Shown here piece by piece: positions 59,017 to 64,000 of a DNA stretch of 64,000 nt. The position numbers were made by a program, and so were the translations under genes. The notes below the pieces were generated by a model that searched no databases, was not told the DNA's origin, and worked only from the letters and a program-made list of their open reading frames with translations. Source of the DNA: an uncultured delta proteobacterium (GTDB taxonomy: Bacteria; Myxococcota_A; Polyangia; Haliangiales; Haliangiaceae); contig CAWKDB010000010.1 in the NCBI GenBank assembly GCA_963848295.1, forward strand, positions 96,001 to 160,000. The letters run 5' to 3'. Position 1 is the first letter of the stretch; every line of letters starts with the position of its first letter.

Positions 59017-60633
59017 GTGGCAACCGGGGTCACGAGCGAGCGCAGCGTCATCACGCCGCAGCGCACGACCGCGCTGACGACCGCCGCGGATGCGCTGCGC
59101 GACGAGGAGGTCGATCGCACGCGCGGCTTCATCCGGCTCGGCTGGGCGATCGCGGCGTGCTCGATCCTCGCGACGCTCGCGCTTCCCGGAGATCCGCACC
59201 TCGGCCATGCGCTCGCGCTCGCGATCACCGCGACCGCCGTCGCTTCGGTCGGGGTCTACGTCCGGTTGCGCGATGCCAGCTCGCTCAGCTCTCCGCTGAT
59301 GAGCGCGCTCGCGCTCGCGTGCTGTGGCTGCGGCTTCCTCGCGGTGCTGTACACCGGCCTGTTCGGCGGCGCCCCGCTGATGATCGCGCTCGGCGTGTAC
59401 TTCTTCTGCCGGACCGAGAACCGCGTCGCGGCGATCGCGATCTACGTCGTCGTCATCGCGAGCTACGCCGGGTTCGCCGCGCTCGTCATCTCCGGCGCCG
59501 TGCGCGACCCGGGCCTCGCGCCGATCAAGCCCACCGTCAGCGTGGAGGCGATGATCGCCGGCCATCTGTGCGCGCAGGTCGGCTACGCGATGGCGTTCTG
59601 GCTCGCACGCTCGACTCGCGCGGCGTCGTTGCGCTCGATCGACCAGCTCCAGCAGGCGACCCGGCTCGCCGCGATGCGCCTCGCCCAGCTCGACGAAGCG
59701 CGCGACGACCTCGACCGCGCGCTCAAGGTCGGTGGCCCCGGTCAGTTCACCGGCGCCGTGGTCGGCAGCTGGGAGCTCGGCTACGTGCTCGGTCGCGGCG
59801 GCATGGGCGAGGTCTACGAAGCGACGAACGTAGACAACTCCGCGCCGGCCGCGGTCAAGCTGTTGCGCCGCGAGCTGATGATCGATCGCATGCACGTCGA
59901 GCGGTTCTTGCGCGAGGTGCGCGCCGCGAGTGCGCTCGATTCGCCGAACGTCGTCCGCGTGCTCGAGGCCTCGCGCCCGGATGATCTCGTCGCGTTTCTC
60001 GCGATGGAGCACCTGCGCGGCGACACGCTCGCGGGCCTGTTGCGCGGCGCCGGCACGCTCGCGCCGGACATGATCGTCGGCTTGGTCGACCAGCTCGCGT
60101 CGGTGCTCGAGCTCGCCCGGGCCGCCGACATGGTTCATCGCGACGTCAAGCCGCCGAACATCTTCCGCACCCAAGACGGCACGTGGAAGCTGCTCGACTT
60201 CGGCGTCGCCGCGCTCGGCGACACGACCGGCACGCTGACCCACGGCGGCGTGATCGGGACGCCCGGCTACATGGCTCCCGAGCAAGCGAAGGGCGAGACC
60301 GTCGACTACCGCGCGGATCTCTACGCGCTCGGCGCGGTCGTCTATCGCTGCCTGACCGGCCGCCAACCGTTCACCGGCAGCGATCCGGCCGCGATGCTGT
60401 ACGCGATGGTCCACGACATGCCGCCGCAGCCGAGCACGCTCGCGCGGGTCGGTCGCGACGTCGAGCGCTGGCTCGCGATCGCGCTCGCGAAGAAGCGCAC
60501 CGATCGGTTCCAGAGCGCCGCCGCGTTTGCGACCGCGTTGCGACTCGCGCTCGCGAACAAGCTGCCCGCCGGGGAACGGGCGGCGGCCGACGCTTTGCTC
60601 CGCGCGGCGCCATGGCATGCTGCGCGCACATGA
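59017..60633 (+). CDS. Ser/Thr kinase with N-terminal multi-TM domain (paralog 2)
   Basis: GTG 59017 after GGAG; TMs; GRGGMGEVY, HRDVKPPN, DFG, YMAPE. Confidence 0.9.
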   Translation: MATGVTSERSVITPQRTTALTTAADALRDEEVDRTRGFIRLGWAIAACSILATLALPGDPHLGHALALAITATAVASVGVYVRLRDASSLSSPLMSALALACCGCGFLAVLYTGLFGGAPLMIALGVYFFCRTENRVAAIAIYVVVIASYAGFAALVISGAVRDPGLAPIKPTVSVEAMIAGHLCAQVGYAMAFWLARSTRAASLRSIDQLQQATRLAAMRLAQLDEARDDLDRALKVGGPGQFTGAVVGSWELGYVLGRGGMGEVYEATNVDNSAPAAVKLLRRELMIDRMHVERFLREVRAASALDSPNVVRVLEASRPDDLVAFLAMEHLRGDTLAGLLRGAGTLAPDMIVGLVDQLASVLELARAADMVHRDVKPPNIFRTQDGTWKLLDFGVAALGDTTGTLTHGGVIGTPGYMAPEQAKGETVDYRADLYALGAVVYRCLTGRQPFTGSDPAAMLYAMVHDMPPQPSTLARVGRDVERWLAIALAKKRTDRFQSAAAFATALRLALANKLPAGERAAADALLRAAPWHAART

Positions 60634-61865
60634 AGACCGTCGCCGTCGTTTCGTATTGCCGGACCGGGATCGCGAAGGCGCAGCGCGGTGCGCTCAACCA
60701 GACCCACGGCATCCCGCTCGCCGCGCACGTGATGCGACACGCGGTCGCGCGCGCCGGTGTCGATCCCGCGGAGATCGAGGACGTCGTGCTCGGGTGCGGC
60801 TTGCCCGAAGGCGCGACCGGCCACAACGTCGCGCGCAACGCCGCGCTCGAAGCTGGATTCGGCGACGGCTGCCCGGGGATCACGATCAATCGCTACTGCG
60901 GCTCGGGCCTGTCGGCGGCGTCGATCGTCGCGAATCGGATCGCGGCGGGCGAGATGACCTGCGGGATCGCGGGCGGGGTCGAGAGCATCTCGCTCGTCCA
61001 GTTCCACCTCAACCTCAACAACTTCTTCTACGCGCCGCTGCAACAGCGAATGCCCGCGGTGTGGTGGACGATGAACCAGACCGCGGACTTCGTCGCGAAG
61101 AAGTACAACATCACGCGCGAAGCGCAGGACGAGTACGTCGTCCGCAGCCAGCAGCGCGTCGCGAAAGCCGCGGCCGCCGGCGTCTACGCCGAGGAGATCG
61201 TGCCGTTCAAGACCGTGATGAAGGTGACCCACAAGTCGGGCGAACGCCCGACGCGTAGCGCCGCCGAAGGCGGTGCGGAGATATTAGACAAGGCGACGAA
61301 GGAATCGCACGATCAAGAGGTCACGCTCGAGCGCGACGAAGGCCCGCGGCCGGACACGACGCTCGCCGCGCTCGCCGCGCTGAAGCCGGTGTTCGCCGGC
61401 GGCACGACGACGGCCGGCAACGCCTCGCAGCTGTCCGACGGCGCGGCGGCGGTGATCCTGATGGACGCCGACCTCGCGGCCAAGCGCGGCTTGCCGATCG
61501 TCGGGCTGTTTCGCGGCATGCAGCTCGCGGCGGTGCCGCCCGAGGAGATGTCGATCGCGATCGCGCCGGCGATCAAGAAGCTGATGAAGCACCACGGCCT
61601 CGCGATGGCGGACATCGATCTGTGGGAGCTGCACGAGGCCTACGCGACGACGACGCTCTACAACCAGGCGCAGCTCGAGACCCCGTGGGACCTCACGAAC
61701 GTCAACGGCGGCGCCGTCGCGCTCGGTCATCCGTACGGCATGTCCGGGATTCGCTACCTCGGCACCTCGCTGTTCGAGCTCCGCCGGCGCGCCAAGCACA
61801 AGGCGATCGTCGGCGTCTGCACCGCCGGTGGCATGGCCACCGCGGCGTATCTCGAACGCCCCTAA
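60630..61865 (+). CDS. Thiolase (acetyl-CoA C-acyltransferase)
   Basis: INRYCGSGL, TAGNASQLSDGA, ELHEAY, GGAVALGHPYG, GVCTAGG. Confidence 0.95.
   Translation: MKTVAVVSYCRTGIAKAQRGALNQTHGIPLAAHVMRHAVARAGVDPAEIEDVVLGCGLPEGATGHNVARNAALEAGFGDGCPGITINRYCGSGLSAASIVANRIAAGEMTCGIAGGVESISLVQFHLNLNNFFYAPLQQRMPAVWWTMNQTADFVAKKYNITREAQDEYVVRSQQRVAKAAAAGVYAEEIVPFKTVMKVTHKSGERPTRSAAEGGAEILDKATKESHDQEVTLERDEGPRPDTTLAALAALKPVFAGGTTTAGNASQLSDGAAAVILMDADLAAKRGLPIVGLFRGMQLAAVPPEEMSIAIAPAIKKLMKHHGLAMADIDLWELHEAYATTTLYNQAQLETPWDLTNVNGGAVALGHPYGMSGIRYLGTSLFELRRRAKHKAIVGVCTAGGMATAAYLERP
61230..61286. repeat. 57-bp double-hairpin element inserted in frame in the thiolase gene
   Basis: GTCGGGCG-AA-CGCCCGAC then GTAG and GCGCCGCC-GAA-GGCGGTGC; encodes HKSGERPTRSAAEGGAEIL; atypical ATA TTA codons. 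Confidence 0.65.
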
Positions 61866-61867
61866 CG

Positions 61868-61953
61868 GGGGACGGTGTTCACGATGACAACCGCGTCATA
61901 ACGATTCCGCTGCGTTGCGTCGGTTCTGGTTGTCAAAGTGAACACCGTCCCCA
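61868..61953. repeat. REPIN/MITE-like element, copy 2 (inverted arms with 35-bp spacer)
   Basis: GGGGACGGTGTTCACGATGACAACC-N35-GGTTGTCAAAGTGAACACCGTCCCCA; same arms as 56494-56545 (2 mismatches in the left arm). Confidence 0.9.
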
Positions 61954-62025
61954 GTGAGGCATGACGCCTCGAAATATTTCTGGAGCTGTCGATTCATCGG
62001 TAGCGGCCGAATGACTAGGCACGCC

Positions 62026-62508
62026 ATGACGATCACGTCTGTCTCCAGCACGACCTCGACCCCTTCGATCGCGCAGCTCGGCCCGCCGCCACAACCGGCA
62101 CCGGAAGACGCCGCGATCGCGACCGGCCAAGACACCACGCAGCTGTCCGGGCCCGCGCAGTTCTTCAACAAGCTGCAAGGCCTCGAGCAGAGCGATCCGA
62201 GCAAAGCCAAGCAGGTGCTGAGCGACATCGCGAACAAGCTGTCCGATCAGGCGACCAAGGTCGGCGGCGACCGCGGCAAGCAGCTATCGGCGCTCGCCGA
62301 CAAGTTCACGCAAGCGGCGCAGACCGGCGATCTCGGCGGCCTGCAATCGCCGGCCGCGGCGCAAGGCGCGCAAGGCGGTGGCCATCACGGCGGCCATCAC
62401 GGGCACCATCACGCGACCCAGAGCTACAGCCAAGCGCAGAGCGCCGACGGCTCGGACTCGACCGACCCGGCGCAGATGATGATGGACACACTCGGCGCCG
62501 CGACCTAA
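62026..62508 (+). CDS. Hypothetical Ser/Thr/Gln-rich protein with His-rich tract
   Basis: MTITSVSSTTS..DTTQLSGPAQFFNKLQ..HHGGHHGHHH; host-like codon usage. Confidence 0.72.
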   Translation: MTITSVSSTTSTPSIAQLGPPPQPAPEDAAIATGQDTTQLSGPAQFFNKLQGLEQSDPSKAKQVLSDIANKLSDQATKVGGDRGKQLSALADKFTQAAQTGDLGGLQSPAAAQGAQGGGHHGGHHGHHHATQSYSQAQSADGSDSTDPAQMMMDTLGAAT

Positions 62509-62518
62509 CCTTCCCGGC

Positions 62519-62824
62519 GTGGGCCGGCTCGACGACATCGTGACGCGAAACCGCGGCGAGAAAGGCCCGCGCGAACGCACGATCGTGTCGATCGCACTCG
62601 GCTTCGGCCTGCTGCTGATCATCGCGCTCGTCCTGTTCACGAACCTCGGCTTGCCCGACAGCATGCGGCACCCGACCGCCGGTTCCGGGTCCGCCGCGCC
62701 GGCGAACCACCGCGCCGACGGCGTGACGCTCGCGGCGCCGCCGAGCCACGCGCCGGTCGTGCCATCGCATCCCGTTCCCGCGATCGATGCCGGGACTAGC
62801 GATCGAGCATCGCGAGCGCCTTGA
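62519..62824 (+). CDS. Small single-TM protein
   Basis: MGRLDDIVTRN..IVSIALGFGLLLIIALVLFT. Confidence 0.7.
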   Translation: MGRLDDIVTRNRGEKGPRERTIVSIALGFGLLLIIALVLFTNLGLPDSMRHPTAGSGSAAPANHRADGVTLAAPPSHAPVVPSHPVPAIDAGTSDRASRAP

Positions 62825-64000
62825 ACACCGCCTCGCGCGTGCGCGCGAACCCGCCGGTGCGCGCGCCTTCGAGACGCTTGCGCCCGGTCGAGCCGGCGCG
62901 CTTGGCGCCGAGCATGCCGATGCCGATCGCCGCGTTGACCTGCACGTTCTCCGCCGGGCTGTCGAACGCGTCGGTCAGGATCTCGAGCGGCTCGGGCAGC
63001 GCGTTGATCAGCTCGAGGATCCGCCGGCCGTGCGCTTCGTCGTCGGTCTCCAGGCCCTTGACGAGCGCGACCTGGACCTTGGACTTGCGCGGCCCGAGCA
63101 CCTTGGCGACCGCCGCGGCGACCTCGGCGTCACCGCGCAACGCGCCGACGAGATAGTCGCCGACCTCGCGCACCGCATCGTCGCCGAGCTTGTCGAGCGC
63201 ACCGGCCGCGCAGATCCGCACGCGCGAATCGTCGTCGCGCATCAACACGCCGAGCGCGAGCGCCGAGCCGCGCGCCGCCGGGCCGAGCGCGCCGAGCGCG
63301 ACCGCCGCGTTGCCCCGGACGAGCGCGCGGCCGTCTTGCAGATACGGCGCGAGCGCCTCGACCGACAGCTTCGCCGGATCCGCGAACGCCTCGGGGCCGA
63401 GCGGCTTGGTCTCGAACCCGTCGATCGCGATCGCAGCCGGCCCACTGCGGCGCGGACCGTCGAGCAGCTCGAGCGCTTCACGCACGGCTTGCCGCGTGCG
63501 CGCGTCGCCACCGGTGCGCGCCCCTTCGAGCGCACGGCGACCGCGGCCGACGCGATCGGGACCGAGCAGCGCGAGCCCGAGCGCCGCGTTGACCTGGACG
63601 TTGACCGCCGGGCTGTCGAACGCGTCGCACAAGATGTCGAGCGCATCGGGCAACGCGCCGATCACGAGCGCGATCCGCCGGCCGCCCGCGGGCTTGTCCG
63701 TCTCCATCCCACGGACGAGGGCGCCGACCATCCGGCCTTTGCGCGCGCGCACGACGCCCGCGGCCGCATCGGCGACGCCCGCGTCGCTATCGCCGAGCGC
63801 GCCGACGAGATCATCGGCGGTCTCGACCACCGCGGCATCGCCGAGCTTGTCGAGCGCTTGCGCCGCGGACAGCCGCACTCGCGCCGCGTCATCGCGCAAA
63901 CGCACGCCGAGCGCACGCGCCGCCGACACCGCTGCCGGGCCGAGCGCGCCGAGCGCGATCGCCGCGTTGCCGCGGACGTGATCGCGGCCATCTTGCAGGA
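62796..64000 (-). CDS. HEAT-repeat protein, C-terminal part (start outside window)
   Basis: Frame open to the window edge; VRGNAAVALGALG, VRLSAAQALDKLG, VQVNAALGL repeats. Confidence 0.88.
   Translation of the reverse strand, partial: LQDGRDHVRGNAAIALGALGPAAVSAARALGVRLRDDAARVRLSAAQALDKLGDAAVVETADDLVGALGDSDAGVADAAAGVVRARKGRMVGALVRGMETDKPAGGRRIALVIGALPDALDILCDAFDSPAVNVQVNAALGLALLGPDRVGRGRRALEGARTGGDARTRQAVREALELLDGPRRSGPAAIAIDGFETKPLGPEAFADPAKLSVEALAPYLQDGRALVRGNAAVALGALGPAARGSALALGVLMRDDDSRVRICAAGALDKLGDDAVREVGDYLVGALRGDAEVAAAVAKVLGPRKSKVQVALVKGLETDDEAHGRRILELINALPEPLEILTDAFDSPAENVQVNAAIGIGMLGAKRAGSTGRKRLEGARTGGFARTREAVFKALAMLDR

Noticed and set aside
56494..61953. CRISPR array or terminator-only reading of the palindromes
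   Set aside because: Arms are inverted, only two loci 5.3 kb apart, no cas genes; shared long arms exceed what a simple terminator explains

Overview
High-GC bacterial chromosomal window with myxobacterial hallmarks (many lipoproteins, PEGA proteins, Ser/Thr kinases, an FHA-sigma54 activator); the taxonomy is inferred from gene content only. Core functions: BlaI/M56 pair, TonB and HTTM genes, an oxidative pentose-phosphate cluster (tal-pgi, gnd, pgl, glk, zwf, HAD, rpiB), ClC, HPF, tRNA-Sec, ppc, a two-component pair, OmpA/MotB-like genes, thrS, DTW protein, maleylacetate reductase, M1 aminopeptidase, TetR/SDR, msrB, tandem membrane kinases, thiolase and a partial HEAT-repeat gene. Most notable observations: (1) an integrase-less 690-bp toxin-antitoxin-only cassette flanked by a perfect 64-bp duplication of the tRNA-Sec 3' half, followed by a probable older island with an eCIS-type AAA ATPase and a headless toxin-like ORF; (2) five exact TGAAC-N16-CGTC promoter-like motifs at consecutive transcription units (25.9-30.1 kb), suggesting a local ECF regulon; (3) an exported truncated globin fused to a cupredoxin-like domain; (4) a 57-bp double-hairpin element inserted in frame in the thiolase gene, plus two REPIN/MITE-like palindromes; (5) many apparently leaderless genes and a probable CTG start. 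All family assignments come from motif recognition without database searches.
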